NCBI GenBank assembly: GCA_040007615.1
Contig: JBDTUQ010000002.1
Span: forward strand, 29,427 to 93,426
Source: Novosphingobium sp.
GTDB lineage: Bacteria; Pseudomonadota; Alphaproteobacteria; Sphingomonadales; Sphingomonadaceae
Direction of reading: 5' to 3'
DNA length: 64,000 nt
Shown here: positions 40,112-50,285 of the stretch, piece after piece
How positions within the stretch are numbered: position 1 is the stretch's first letter
Layout: each line of letters begins with the position of its first letter
The notes under the pieces: generated by a model
Told to the model about the DNA's origin: nothing
What the model saw: only the letters and a program-made list of their open reading frames with translations
Databases searched by the model: none
Program-made: the position numbers and the translations under genes

Positions 40112-41533
40112 TCAATTACGGCTGGCGAACAGTTCCGGATCGAGCGCAAGTTCGCCCAGACGCTTGCGCAAGGTGTTGCGGTTTATGCCCAGCACTTGCG
40201 CCGCGCGCAGCTGGTTGCCACCAGTTCCGCGCAGCACTTCGGCAAACAACGGGCGTTCGAACGCGGCCAGCGCGGCGTCATAGACCATGCCGGGGCGCGG
40301 GGCTTCGGCCTGAAGCCAGCGGGTGACGGCGGCCTCCAGCGTGATCCCCGCCTCTGCCGTATCCAGCGGGCTTTCTCCTGCCTGCCCGGTCATCAGCGGG
40401 GCGAGCGCGGCGGCGTCAATCATATCTTCGCGCGCCAACAGGGCCATACGGTAGACGAAATTGCGCAGTTCGCGGACGTTGCCCCGCCACGGCTGGCGGC
40501 TGAGCAGTTCCACCGCATCGTCAGTCAACTGGCGGCGGGGCAGCCCTTCTGAGGCAGCGAGGCCGAGGAAATGCCGGGCCAGCGCGCCAATGTCGTCCGC
40601 CCGCTCACGCAAGGGCGGCAGGGTAATCGGCACGACGTTCAGCCGATAGAACAAGTCCTCGCGGAACTGCCCGGCGGCGATCATCGGTTCAAGATCCTTG
40701 TTGGTGGCGGCGATGATCCGCACATCGACCTTGATCTCGTCGCGCCCACCCACGCGCAACACGCTGCCAGACTGGAGCGCGCGCAGAAGCCGAGTCTGCG
40801 CCTGCATCGGCATGTCGCCGATTTCATCGAGGAACAGCGTGCCGCCGTTGGCCTGTTCAAACTTGCCGATGTGCCGCGCGACGGCCCCGGTGAACGCCCC
40901 GCGCTCGTGCCCGAACAGCTCGCTTTCGATCAGTTCGGCGGGAATTGCGGCGGTGTTGACGGCTACGAACGGCTTTTGCTGGCGCGCGCCAAGCTGGTGG
41001 ATCGCTTCTGCCACCAGTTCCTTGCCAGTGCCCGATTCGCCCAGGATCAGCACCGTCAGGTCATTGCGCAGCACGCGGGTAATCATCCGGTAGACGACCT
41101 GCATCGCCGCTGATCGCCCTACCAGAGGCATGTCAGCGCCGGCCGGTTCCTCGATAGCTTCCTCCGCCCCGCCCTTTGACGATCCGGCGGCCTGACGCAC
41201 GGTGCGGGCCAGTTCTTCGATATCGAAAGGCTTGGGAAAATATTCGAACGCGCCGTTGTCAGTCGCGCGCACGGCAGTATCCAGCGTGTTGCGGGCCGAC
41301 AGGATGATGAACGGCATGTCGGGATGCTGGGTACGGATGCGCGGCAGGCCTTCGATGCCGTCGCCGTCGGTCAGCATGACATCGGTGACCAGCACTTTGA
41401 ACTGTTGTTCCGACAGCAAGCGGTCGCGCATGGCAACACTGTCGCAGCGGACAACTTTGAAGCCATCAGACTCCAGCGCCGCAGTGATGACGATGGCGAT
41501 GGACTCGTCATCTTCTACCAGAAGCACGCTCAT
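40112..41533 (-). CDS. ntrC: Nitrogen regulation response regulator NtrC
   Basis: REC domain, GESGTGKE, GAFTGA, WRGNVREL, C-terminal HTH; ATGA overlap with ntrB. Confidence 0.93.
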   Translation of the reverse strand: MSVLLVEDDESIAIVITAALESDGFKVVRCDSVAMRDRLLSEQQFKVLVTDVMLTDGDGIEGLPRIRTQHPDMPFIILSARNTLDTAVRATDNGAFEYFPKPFDIEELARTVRQAAGSSKGGAEEAIEEPAGADMPLVGRSAAMQVVYRMITRVLRNDLTVLILGESGTGKELVAEAIHQLGARQQKPFVAVNTAAIPAELIESELFGHERGAFTGAVARHIGKFEQANGGTLFLDEIGDMPMQAQTRLLRALQSGSVLRVGGRDEIKVDVRIIAATNKDLEPMIAAGQFREDLFYRLNVVPITLPPLRERADDIGALARHFLGLAASEGLPRRQLTDDAVELLSRQPWRGNVRELRNFVYRMALLAREDMIDAAALAPLMTGQAGESPLDTAEAGITLEAAVTRWLQAEAPRPGMVYDAALAAFERPLFAEVLRGTGGNQLRAAQVLGINRNTLRKRLGELALDPELFASRN

Positions 41534-42633
41534 GCCTTTTGGCTCCTGTTTTGCGATTCGGCGGCCTTGCCGGTTGGCGCCAGCGGCAAATGGATGCGGA
41601 AATGCGTCCAACCGCCGATTTCGTCGCGTTCGTGGGTGATCCGCCCGCTCATGTCACGCACCAGCTTGCGCACCAGCGCGAGGCCAAGGCCCTGCCCCGA
41701 TTTCTTGGTGGTGACGAACGGCTCGAAAATGTGGTCGCGCATGGCAGGATCGACACCGGGGCCATTGTCGCTGACGCGCAGTTCGATCGGCAGCCGCACC
41801 GCCTTGCCAGAGGCGACAGCGTGCAATTGCAGCCCGCTGGAAAACCGCGTCTGCACGATCACGCGGGGGCGGGCTTCGCCACTGCAAGCTTCGGCAGCGT
41901 TGGACAGCAGATTGATGAGCACCTGCACCAGTCCATCTGGACTGCCCAGCACATCAGGTAGCGAGGGGTCGAACTCCTCCTGAATGCGCGGAGCCTTGCC
42001 AGCAGCATCGAGCACCGAGCGGGCGCGGCGCACCGCCTCATGCAGGTTGCACGGCTCCACCGGCTCGACCGTGCGGCGGCTGAGGGTCTGCATTTCGTCG
42101 ATCAGCTTGGCGACTCGGTCGACCTCGTCGGTAATCAGGCTGGTCAGCGCGCGGTCCTTGTCCCCCACCTTGCGGGCGAGCAATTGCGCCGCGCCGCGAA
42201 TACCGGCGAGCGGATTCTTGATCTCGTGCGCGAGGATTTCGGGCGCCCGCAGCACCGAATCCTCATGCTGTCCGGGGTCTTCGCCCAATGCTTCGGCGGC
42301 GCTGGCGTCCTGTAGCGAGACGACCATCCAGCCCGCCGCGTCGGTAACGGGCGAGGCGGTCACGTCCAGTCGGCGCGGGCCGATGCCGGGCAGATGCGTG
42401 CCGATATCGCGCGCAGATATCGGTGCGTCGCCCTCGCCAATGCGGTTGAGCAGGCGCTGCTCATCAAAGCGGATGGCGTCGGTCAGCCGCTTGCCCGACA
42501 AGCGCCGCAAGCTTTGCCCCAGCAGCTGTTCGGCCGCCGGATTGGCGTGGGAAATACGCTGTCCCGGCCCGATCAGCAGCACCGCGACCGTCAGGCTGGC
42601 GAGTTGCCGCTGCGCATCGGGCGAATCGGCCAC
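41530..42633 (-). CDS. ntrB: Histidine kinase NtrB
   Basis: PAS domain, LAHEIKNPLAGIRGAAQLL, DNGPG and PFVTTK motifs. Confidence 0.92.
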   Translation of the reverse strand: MADSPDAQRQLASLTVAVLLIGPGQRISHANPAAEQLLGQSLRRLSGKRLTDAIRFDEQRLLNRIGEGDAPISARDIGTHLPGIGPRRLDVTASPVTDAAGWMVVSLQDASAAEALGEDPGQHEDSVLRAPEILAHEIKNPLAGIRGAAQLLARKVGDKDRALTSLITDEVDRVAKLIDEMQTLSRRTVEPVEPCNLHEAVRRARSVLDAAGKAPRIQEEFDPSLPDVLGSPDGLVQVLINLLSNAAEACSGEARPRVIVQTRFSSGLQLHAVASGKAVRLPIELRVSDNGPGVDPAMRDHIFEPFVTTKKSGQGLGLALVRKLVRDMSGRITHERDEIGGWTHFRIHLPLAPTGKAAESQNRSQKA

Positions 42634-42638
42634 GCCGG

Positions 42639-43655
42639 TCAGGCCGCGCGCCGTTTCAGGAACGGGGCGTAGAAGGCCTGAAGCTGGCGGACGACTTCCC
42701 CTGCATTATCAACGAAGTTCACCTTATTGCGGAACTCAGCCGATCCGGGGAGGCCCTTGGTGTACCAGCCAAGGTGCTTGCGGGCCATCTTGACGCCAGT
42801 ATCCTCGCCGTAATGGGCTAGCATTGCTGCGTAATGTTCAAGGATCAGGGCAAGCTGCGTGTCGATATCCGGGTCTGGCAGGCTGACCCCGGTGCGCCAC
42901 CAGTGCATGACCTGCCCCAGCAGCCACGGCTTGCCATAAGCGCCGCGCCCGATCATCAGCCCGTCCGCGCCCGATTGCTCCAGAGCGGCGGCGGCGTCCG
43001 CGATGCCGCAGATGTCGCCATTGACGATGACCGGCACCGATACCGCTTGCTTGACCTTGCGGACAAAGCCCCAGTCCGCCTCTCCCCGGTACATCTGATT
43101 GCGGGTGCGGCCGTGGACGGTGATCAGCTTGGCCCCAAGATCCTCGGCGATATGAGCCAGTTCCGGGGCGTTCAGGCTATCAAGATCCCAGCCCATGCGC
43201 ATCTTGACGGTGACTGGAACGTCGACCGCTTTGACCGTCGCCTCGATCAGACGGGCGGCCAGCGGCAGGTCGCGCATCAGCGCCGAACCGGCATCGCCGT
43301 TGACAACCTTTTTCACCGGGCAGCCCATGTTGATGTCAATGATCGCCGCGCCGCGATCGGCGTTAAGCTTCGCCGCTTCGGCCATTTCGCGCGGTTCGCA
43401 GCCCGCAAGCTGGAGCGAAACCGGCTCTTCTTGCCTGTCCCACGCCGCCTTTTGCAGTGATTGCCGCGTTTCGCGGATCATTGCCGGGCTGGCGATCATC
43501 TCGGTCACGTTGAGGCCGGAGCCATAACGCCGCACCAGCTTGCGGAACGGCATGTCGGTAACGCCGGTCATCGGTGCCAGGACAACCGGGCAGTCGATAA
43601 CCAGCGGACCGATGGCAATCGGGCGGAGCGGCGGAGGAGCGGGAAGTGGGGTCAT
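42639..43655 (-). CDS. dusB: tRNA-dihydrouridine synthase DusB (NifR3)
   Basis: [27 protein letters not shown] and MIGRGAYG motifs. Confidence 0.94.
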   Translation of the reverse strand: MTPLPAPPPLRPIAIGPLVIDCPVVLAPMTGVTDMPFRKLVRRYGSGLNVTEMIASPAMIRETRQSLQKAAWDRQEEPVSLQLAGCEPREMAEAAKLNADRGAAIIDINMGCPVKKVVNGDAGSALMRDLPLAARLIEATVKAVDVPVTVKMRMGWDLDSLNAPELAHIAEDLGAKLITVHGRTRNQMYRGEADWGFVRKVKQAVSVPVIVNGDICGIADAAAALEQSGADGLMIGRGAYGKPWLLGQVMHWWRTGVSLPDPDIDTQLALILEHYAAMLAHYGEDTGVKMARKHLGWYTKGLPGSAEFRNKVNFVDNAGEVVRQLQAFYAPFLKRRAA

Positions 43656-43728
43656 AGCTATGCCTAAAATTTGGGCGCCCTTTAGTGGATTGCAGGGCGC
43701 GCAGCAAGGGCCTAACGGCGCGGGGACT

Positions 43729-44877
43729 ATGGCCCAGGCTGATCCATCCCGTGCGCGCGTTTCAGCGGTGGTTGTCGCCGCCGGAGCGGGCCTGCGCGCC
43801 GGACAGCCGCTGCCCAAGCAATTCGCCTCATGGCGCGGCAAGCCAGTGGTGCGCCACTCGGTCGAGGCTTTGGCCAGCGCCGGTATTGCGCCAATCGTGG
43901 TGTGCATTCCCGAAGGCGCGCGCGACGTGGCCGAGGCGGCGCTGGCGGGGCTGGACGTGCAGTTCGTGACTGGTGGCGCTACGCGGCAGGCTTCGGTGCT
44001 GGCAGGCTTGGAGGCAATTGAGCCAACTGTGCCTGACCTAGTCCTGATCCACGATGCAGCGCGTCCCGTGCTGCCGTCAGCGGTGATCGAGCGCCTCATC
44101 GCCGCCCTGAGCCAGTACGCGGGCGCAATCCCGGTGCTGCCCGTGGTTGACAGCCTTGCGCATGACGCTGACGGCATGATGGGCGCGCCCGCAGACCGCG
44201 CCGCCTTGCGCCGCGTGCAGACCCCGCAGGCATTCCGCTTTCCCGCCATCCTTGCCGCGCACCGCGACTGGCGGGGCGAACCGCTGGCCGGAGACGATGC
44301 GCAAGTGGCACAGGCGACCGGGCTGGAAGTCGCTATGGTCGAAGGGGACGAGGCCTTGCAAAAGCTGACATATGCCGCCGATTTCGTGGCCCCTGCCCCC
44401 GCATTTCGTATCGGCACGGGCTATGATGTCCACCGCCTGGCTGAGGGCGAGGACTTGTGGCTGTGCGGGGTGCGGATCGATCATTCGCATGGCTTGGCTG
44501 GTCACTCCGATGCCGATGTCGCCATTCACGCGCTGGTCGATGCCCTGCTCGGCGCGATATCAGCAGGCGATATCGGACAACATTTTCCGCCCAGTGATCC
44601 GCAATGGCGCGGCGCGGACTCGGCGGTTTTCTTGCGCCACGCTGCCTCGCTGGTCGCCGCTGCCGGTTATGGCATCGGCAACGTGGACGTGACGCTAGTG
44701 TGTGAGGCTCCAAAGATCGGCCCGCGCCGGCAGGCCATGCGCGAACGGCTTGCCGCGCTGCTTGGCGTTGACATCGCCGCCGTGAGCGTCAAGGCCACTA
44801 CCACCGAAGGACTTGGCAGCATCGGCCGGCGTGAGGGCATTGCTGCCCAGGCAGCGGTCGGCTTGTTCCGCAACTGA
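43729..44877 (+). CDS. ispDF: Bifunctional IspD/IspF
   Basis: [28 protein letters not shown] and [19 protein letters not shown] motifs. Confidence 0.95.
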   Translation: MAQADPSRARVSAVVVAAGAGLRAGQPLPKQFASWRGKPVVRHSVEALASAGIAPIVVCIPEGARDVAEAALAGLDVQFVTGGATRQASVLAGLEAIEPTVPDLVLIHDAARPVLPSAVIERLIAALSQYAGAIPVLPVVDSLAHDADGMMGAPADRAALRRVQTPQAFRFPAILAAHRDWRGEPLAGDDAQVAQATGLEVAMVEGDEALQKLTYAADFVAPAPAFRIGTGYDVHRLAEGEDLWLCGVRIDHSHGLAGHSDADVAIHALVDALLGAISAGDIGQHFPPSDPQWRGADSAVFLRHAASLVAAAGYGIGNVDVTLVCEAPKIGPRRQAMRERLAALLGVDIAAVSVKATTTEGLGSIGRREGIAAQAAVGLFRN

Positions 44878-44890
44878 ACGGGAATTCGAA

Positions 44891-45424
44891 ATGATGCGCA
44901 ATCTTGCCCTGTTTGCCGCCGCCGCGCTGGTCTGCGCGCCGCAGATCGCCGCTGCCGCCGAACCTGCTTGCCTGACCCCGCGCGAAGTCACTGCCTTCAC
45001 CGCGTTCGCCCTGCCCGGCGTGATTACCGCGACGGCGCAACGCTGTTCCGCCGTCCTGCCCGCCGGAGCGTTCCTGCGCACCAGCGGCCAGCAGATGGCC
45101 CAACGCTATGCCGCCCGCAAATCCGCTGTCTGGCCGGAAACCAAGGCGGCGCTGATCAAGTTGAGCGGCGGCAGCAACGATCAGGCGGCGAATCTGTTCA
45201 AGACTTTGCCTGACGAAACCTTGCAGCAACTGGCGGATACGATGGTCACCGGCGTCGTGGCCGACAAGATTCCGGCCAGCCGCTGCGGGGTTATCGACCA
45301 GTTTCTGGCTCTGCTGTCACCCCTGCCGCCAGAAAACACGGCGGAACTGATCGGCCTTACGATGGGCCTTGTATCGCGGGGCGAGACGCCCAAACTTGGC
45401 AAGCTCTCCATCTGCAAGGCTTGA
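44891..45424 (+). CDS. Hypothetical exported protein
   Basis: Signal peptide MMRNLALFAAAALVCAPQIAAAA; fills the gap between ispDF and cinA. Confidence 0.75.
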   Translation: MMRNLALFAAAALVCAPQIAAAAEPACLTPREVTAFTAFALPGVITATAQRCSAVLPAGAFLRTSGQQMAQRYAARKSAVWPETKAALIKLSGGSNDQAANLFKTLPDETLQQLADTMVTGVVADKIPASRCGVIDQFLALLSPLPPENTAELIGLTMGLVSRGETPKLGKLSICKA

Positions 45425-45430
45425 ATTTTT

Positions 45431-45928
45431 ATGCCGGATTCGCTTTTACCTCCCGAAATCGTCGCGCTGGCGCAGCGGGTTGTGGCTGAAAACATCGCTG
45501 CCGGACGTACCGTGGTTCTGGCGGAAAGCTGCACGGGCGGACTGGTTTCGGCGGCGCTGACCGAAGTGGCCGGGTCTTCGGCCATGCTTGATCGCGGGTT
45601 CGTGACCTATTCCAACGAGGCCAAGCGCGAGATGCTGGGCGTGCCGAACGACATTCTTGACACGTTCGGCGCGGTGTCTGTCGCCTGCGCCTGGGCGATG
45701 GCGCAAGGCGCGCTGAAATACAGCGGGGCCGACGTGGCGGTGGCGATCAGCGGGATTGCCGGGCCTGACGGTGGAACCGACCAGAAGCCGGTCGGAACAG
45801 TGGTGTTCGCCCGCGCCATTCGCGGCGAGGAAGAAGTCGAGGCCGAGGAAAAACGCTTTGCCGATACGACCCGCGCCGGGGTGCGGCTTCAGGCGGCGCT
45901 AATGGCGCTGGAACTGCTGCTGCCGTAA
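45431..45928 (+). CDS. CinA C-terminal domain protein (PncC-like NMN deamidase)
   Basis: [18 protein letters not shown] and SGIAGP.GG motifs. Confidence 0.92.
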   Translation: MPDSLLPPEIVALAQRVVAENIAAGRTVVLAESCTGGLVSAALTEVAGSSAMLDRGFVTYSNEAKREMLGVPNDILDTFGAVSVACAWAMAQGALKYSGADVAVAISGIAGPDGGTDQKPVGTVVFARAIRGEEEVEAEEKRFADTTRAGVRLQAALMALELLLP

Positions 45929-46350
45929 AGTACCGCCGCGCGGGCCTCAAACGCGGCGACCATCTTGCGGAAAGCCTTGTCGAAATACTGCCCGGCAAGC
46001 TTTTCGAACACGATATTGCGGAAACTGAACTGGACGTTGAAATCGATCTCGCACTCATGCGGGCCGAGCGAACGGAACCGCCAGACATTATCCAGATCGC
46101 GCAATGGCCCGTCGACATAGTGCACCCGGATGCTCTCTGGCCGGGTCTTTTCGATGCGCGAGGTGAACTTTTCGCGGATCGCGCTGAAGCCCACCAGCAT
46201 GTCAGCGACCATTTCGGCTGCGCTGTCAGAGCGGACGCGGGTGGCCACCACCCACGGCAGGAAATCGGCATAGCGGCCAACGTCGGCGACCAGATCGAAC
46301 ATCTGCTCGGCGCTGAACGGCAGGCGCCTGACTTCGTGCAGCGCGGGCAT
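45889..46350 (-). CDS. Coq10/RatA (PasT) START-domain protein
   Basis: [17 protein letters not shown] and FEARA motifs; coupled to lipA. Confidence 0.9.
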   Translation of the reverse strand: MPALHEVRRLPFSAEQMFDLVADVGRYADFLPWVVATRVRSDSAAEMVADMLVGFSAIREKFTSRIEKTRPESIRVHYVDGPLRDLDNVWRFRSLGPHECEIDFNVQFSFRNIVFEKLAGQYFDKAFRKMVAAFEARAAVLYGSSSSSAISAA

Positions 46351-47300
46351 CAGGCGACGCGCGCAGCGGCCTTGGCGAGCTGAGCCTCGCGCGTGGCCCG
46401 CATGGCCTTGAAATCGTCGCCTGCGTGATAGCTTGACCGGGTGAGCGGCGAGGCGGCGACTTGCAGGAACCCCTTGGCCCGCGCAATCGCGCCGTAAGCG
46501 GAAAACGCCTGCGGGGTGACAAATTCAATTACTTTGGTGTGCTTCGGCGTTGGCTGAAGGTATTGGCCCATAGTCAGGAAATCGAGGCCCGCACAGCGCA
46601 TGTCGTCCATCACCTGATGCACTTCCAGCCGTTCCTCACCCAGCCCCAGCATGACGCCGCTCTTGGTGAAAATCATGGGATCGTGCGCCTTCACTTCCTC
46701 AAGCAGGCGCAGCGAATTGTAATAGCGCGCGCCGGGGCGAATCGTCGGGTAAAGCCGGGGGACGGTTTCTAGGTTGTGGTTGTAAACGTCTGGCCCTGCA
46801 GCCACGATGGCTTCTACCGCCGCGCGCATCTTGCCGCGAAAGTCGGGCGTGAGGATTTCGATTGTCGTCTGCGGCGTCTTGCGGCGCAGCGCCTCGATGA
46901 CCCGGACAAACTGCCCGGCCCCGCCATCAGGCAGATCGTCCCGGTCGACCGAGGTGATGACGATGTGTTCCAGCCCCAGCTTGGCGGCGGCTTCGGCCAC
47001 ATGTTCCGGCTCGTCAGCGTCCAGCTTGCGCGGCATCCCGGTCTTGACGTTGCAGAAGGCGCAGGCGCGGGTGCAGACATCGCCCAGGATCATCACCGTG
47101 GCGTGCTTCTTGGTCCAGCACTCGCCAATGTTGGGGCAGGCAGCTTCCTCGCAGACCGTGTTCAGGTTCAGCTCGCGCATCAGATCGCGGGTGGCGGCGT
47201 ACTGGCGGCTGGTTGGCGCCTTGACGCGGATCCAGTCCGGCTTGCGCTGACGCTCAGGCGCCTGCGGGGCCGGCTGCGGTGCTGTTGAAAGGTCGTTCAT
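46350..47300 (-). CDS. lipA: Lipoyl synthase
   Basis: [20 protein letters not shown] and RSSY motifs. Confidence 0.97.
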   Translation of the reverse strand: MNDLSTAPQPAPQAPERQRKPDWIRVKAPTSRQYAATRDLMRELNLNTVCEEAACPNIGECWTKKHATVMILGDVCTRACAFCNVKTGMPRKLDADEPEHVAEAAAKLGLEHIVITSVDRDDLPDGGAGQFVRVIEALRRKTPQTTIEILTPDFRGKMRAAVEAIVAAGPDVYNHNLETVPRLYPTIRPGARYYNSLRLLEEVKAHDPMIFTKSGVMLGLGEERLEVHQVMDDMRCAGLDFLTMGQYLQPTPKHTKVIEFVTPQAFSAYGAIARAKGFLQVAASPLTRSSYHAGDDFKAMRATREAQLAKAAARVA

Positions 47301-47378
47301 CGCCGCCAGATAGAACGGAGCGCGCGCGCTTGCCAGTGGCAATTGCTTTTGACGAAAAGGTTGGGCATTGACAGCGAC

Positions 47379-48044
47379 ATGGACACCCCCCCTCCCAGTA
47401 ACGTCACCCCGCAACTTGACCGGCTGATGGCCGGATACCGGCGTTTCCGCGCCACTGGCTGGACCCCGAATCGCGAGCGTTGGTCAAGCCTGCGCGAAGG
47501 TCAGGAGCCTGAGGTCATGGTGATCGCCTGTTCCGACAGCCGGGTCGATCCATCGCAGATCTTCGATGTCGATCCCGGCGAGGTTTTCGTCGTCCGTAAT
47601 GTCGCCGCGATGGTGCCCCCGTTTGAAACGACGCCGGGCCTGCACGGTGTTTCCGCCGCGCTGGAGTTCGCGGTGCAAGTGCTCAAGGTCAAGGAAATCG
47701 TGGTCATGGGCCACGGCATGTGCGGCGGCTGCAAGGTGGCGCTGACCCAGGAACTGGCAGGCGCGGAGCCGGGTGAAGGCGGCTTTGTCGCCAACTGGAT
47801 ATCCCTGCTCGACGATGCGCGCCAGCCGATCGCTGCCGAACTTGGCACTACAGGGCGCCGGGCCGAACGCGCGATGGAAGAAGCTGCGGTCAAGGTCAGT
47901 CTCGCAAACTTGCGCACGTTTCCCTGCATTCAGCGCAAGGAAGCCTCGGGTGCCCTCACCCTGCGCGGCGCATTGTTCGCAATTTCCGACGGCGTTCTAA
48001 ACGTTCTGGATGAGGCAGACGGCGATTTTCATCCGGTTGTATAA
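47379..48044 (+). CDS. Beta-class carbonic anhydrase
   Basis: [14 protein letters not shown] and GHGMCGG motifs. Confidence 0.94.
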   Translation: MDTPPPSNVTPQLDRLMAGYRRFRATGWTPNRERWSSLREGQEPEVMVIACSDSRVDPSQIFDVDPGEVFVVRNVAAMVPPFETTPGLHGVSAALEFAVQVLKVKEIVVMGHGMCGGCKVALTQELAGAEPGEGGFVANWISLLDDARQPIAAELGTTGRRAERAMEEAAVKVSLANLRTFPCIQRKEASGALTLRGALFAISDGVLNVLDEADGDFHPVV

Positions 48045-48070
48045 CGCGGATCGCTATCCCCCGTTCGCCG

Positions 48071-48367
48071 CTATTTGCGCGCCTTGGCCAAGCGGTGCCG
48101 ATTGGCGCGCACCTTACCCGATAGATGACGGACGGTTGACCGACTGACCGTCAGCGGACTTGTGCCCATGCAGCCGGTCATGAGCTTCCACTGCAACAGC
48201 GCCGCGCTTTCGATTTTTTCCGCAACCATAAGGGTTGCCTCGGCAGCTCCAGCATCGCCGCCCTCAGCGATCTTCATCGTCCTGAGTCCGATAACCGCCC
48301 AGGAGTCCAGCCCCAGCGCCACACTATCAATGCCCAGGCGGACCAGCTTTTCCACGGATACAGGCAT
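48071..48367 (-). CDS. Small conserved hypothetical protein
   Basis: GAGG RBS. VIGLR...LMVAEK...KVRANRHRL resembles small helical alphaproteobacterial hypothetical proteins (from memory). Confidence 0.65.
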   Translation of the reverse strand: MPVSVEKLVRLGIDSVALGLDSWAVIGLRTMKIAEGGDAGAAEATLMVAEKIESAALLQWKLMTGCMGTSPLTVSRSTVRHLSGKVRANRHRLAKARK

Positions 48368-48505
48368 GATGACTCCTCGTTAGCTAAATTAACGCCTGTG
48401 CCGTCATAATGGCGGGGGGCAAGATCCGGTAGTGCTTTAAACAACTGACACCATCGCCAGTTCCGCCGGAAGGCAAAAACGCGCCAACTCAAGGCCGAAC
48501 GTACA

Positions 48506-48531
48506 AAGGGCGGCAGTTGCCCGCCGCCCTT
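48506..48531 (-). terminator. Intrinsic terminator after the 48555-49976 gene
   Basis: AAGGGCGGC-N8-GCCGCCCTT hairpin followed by a short T run on the minus strand. Confidence 0.65.
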
Positions 48532-48554
48532 CACAATCAAATATTGAGCATCAG

Positions 48555-49976
48555 TCAAGTGCCGCTCTTGGCTTTCTGCGCCGAATGGATCGCCCACAAT
48601 TGCGCCAACGGCTGACGAGGGCCGGTTATTTTGGCGAAAGTTGCCTGAGCCTCGGCATAGCTGCCAAGATCACACTGCGCGATGCCAAGACGGGTCAGGG
48701 CGCGCGCGGTATCGACGCCCGGCTTGCCAAGCGCCAGAGTGTACATTTCCTTAGCCTTGGCTGGCTGGTCATAGCTCAGGAAAACATCGCCTGCGGCCAT
48801 CACGGTGACGGCGGATGCGCCAGCGGCCCGGGCGTCGCGCTCAAGCGCGGGCATCGCGACCTTGTCAGCCGCCAGACGTGACTGAGCAATGCCACGGTTC
48901 TCGCTTACGAAGACATCACTGGCAGTCAGCTTGCCCGAAGCAATCCCGGCGTCTAGAACCTTGAGAACTTCCCCCGGCAAGCGGCGCGCATCGGCGGCTT
49001 GCAGGTATTCTACATAGTCGCTGCTCTGGTTCATGCTCTTCGTCCGGGCCATCAAGCGCATCAAATCAAGCGATTCCTGCGCCTGGTACTTGCCTGTAAT
49101 GCGCAACATGCCGATGGCCGCTTCCCAGTTGTCCGGTGTGGGATAAACCGCAACCGCGTTACGGCTGAACGTCGCCGCTGAGTCGTAAAGCTTGGCCTTG
49201 TAGGCCATCTGCAAACCGCGTCGGTACCACGATTCCGGTGCCGGGCTACCCGTGGCATTCCGTTGATCAATTGCCGCCTGAAGCTTCGCCAGACCGGTGG
49301 GAATCTGATTGCTCGACAGATAGGCTTCTGCCAGCGAGACGTCGATGCCGTTTTCGTGATAGCCCGCGTCAATTGCGGTCTGGTAAGCGGCAATTGCGCT
49401 CGTATAATCCTTAGTAGATGCCGAGAACTGGCCGAGGTAGAAGTACATCTTCGGCAGTTCGGCGGGGGCCAGCTTGCCACTATCTATCATCAACTGCACG
49501 CCGCGCCGCTGCATGGTTTCGTCCTGCGCCGTGGTGCCGAGATTGATCGCCAACTGTCCGGCAAACAACTTATCATCAGGCACAGTGATCGCGGCAAGGG
49601 CAGCGTCCAGCAGGCGCTTTTCCTCAGTCAATAGCCCGCTCAATGTGGCTATAGCTGCCAAACGCTGGTCTTCTGCCGTCTTGCGCCCGGCAGAGGTGGT
49701 AGCGGCGTTGTAAGCATCAATCGCTGCTTTGCCTGCCTGCGAAGCGGCGGCGACGTCGGGCCGCTTTCCAGCAGCCTCGATCGCCTTCTGCGCGGGTATG
49801 ACAGCAGCGATAAATGGTTTTGAATACGAAGCTTTAGGCGGGGCAGCCTCTTTCTTGGCCGCCATAGCGGGGGTGGCGACAAGGGCGGAGCCAGTGGCAC
49901 AGGCCAAGGCAAGCGCCAGGGCGCCGTGTTTGAACATAGCGCTCTTGGTGCTGCGGACAACAGGAAACATGGGCAT
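48555..49976 (-). CDS. Exported TPR-like alpha-helical protein
   Basis: Signal peptide, GAGGAG RBS, TPR-like segments (AIAAYQTAIDAG, ARALTRLGIAQCDLGSYAEAQATF). Confidence 0.8.
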   Translation of the reverse strand: MPMFPVVRSTKSAMFKHGALALALACATGSALVATPAMAAKKEAAPPKASYSKPFIAAVIPAQKAIEAAGKRPDVAAASQAGKAAIDAYNAATTSAGRKTAEDQRLAAIATLSGLLTEEKRLLDAALAAITVPDDKLFAGQLAINLGTTAQDETMQRRGVQLMIDSGKLAPAELPKMYFYLGQFSASTKDYTSAIAAYQTAIDAGYHENGIDVSLAEAYLSSNQIPTGLAKLQAAIDQRNATGSPAPESWYRRGLQMAYKAKLYDSAATFSRNAVAVYPTPDNWEAAIGMLRITGKYQAQESLDLMRLMARTKSMNQSSDYVEYLQAADARRLPGEVLKVLDAGIASGKLTASDVFVSENRGIAQSRLAADKVAMPALERDARAAGASAVTVMAAGDVFLSYDQPAKAKEMYTLALGKPGVDTARALTRLGIAQCDLGSYAEAQATFAKITGPRQPLAQLWAIHSAQKAKSGT

Positions 49977-50285
49977 TCATCTCCTCAAAAGGTCCGCCAC
50001 CGGGGGTAGTGGATGACCCGCAATTTTCGCGTTCGCAATGACGCGGATTTGCCGGTTTGGCAATAACGCCTGCTACAATTGCACCCGTGAACGGCGATTG
50101 AATGGCGATTGGCGGGCGATTGACTGTTTGCAGCAGCAACAGGACCAGCAGTCGGGCACTAAACGGTCCGGAGGTGTGGAAAACCTGCTATATCCTGCCC
50201 CCGCCCGATAGCTTCGCTGGCCTTGTCCGGCGCTTTGTCCTAGGGCCTTCACCAACCGGTTTACCCAGAAAAGAACAGCGCACAC

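Noticed and set aside
42639-44417. 592-aa extended DusB as given in the ORF track (also the extended modC, ntrC, serB and tatD starts)
   Set aside because: The extensions overlap neighbouring genes; the recognisable domains begin at downstream starts with RBS or stop-start coupling.
45889-46350. RatA as the toxin of a type II toxin-antitoxin system
   Set aside because: No RatB partner, and the lipA linkage fits the housekeeping Coq10-like ubiquinone-binding role.
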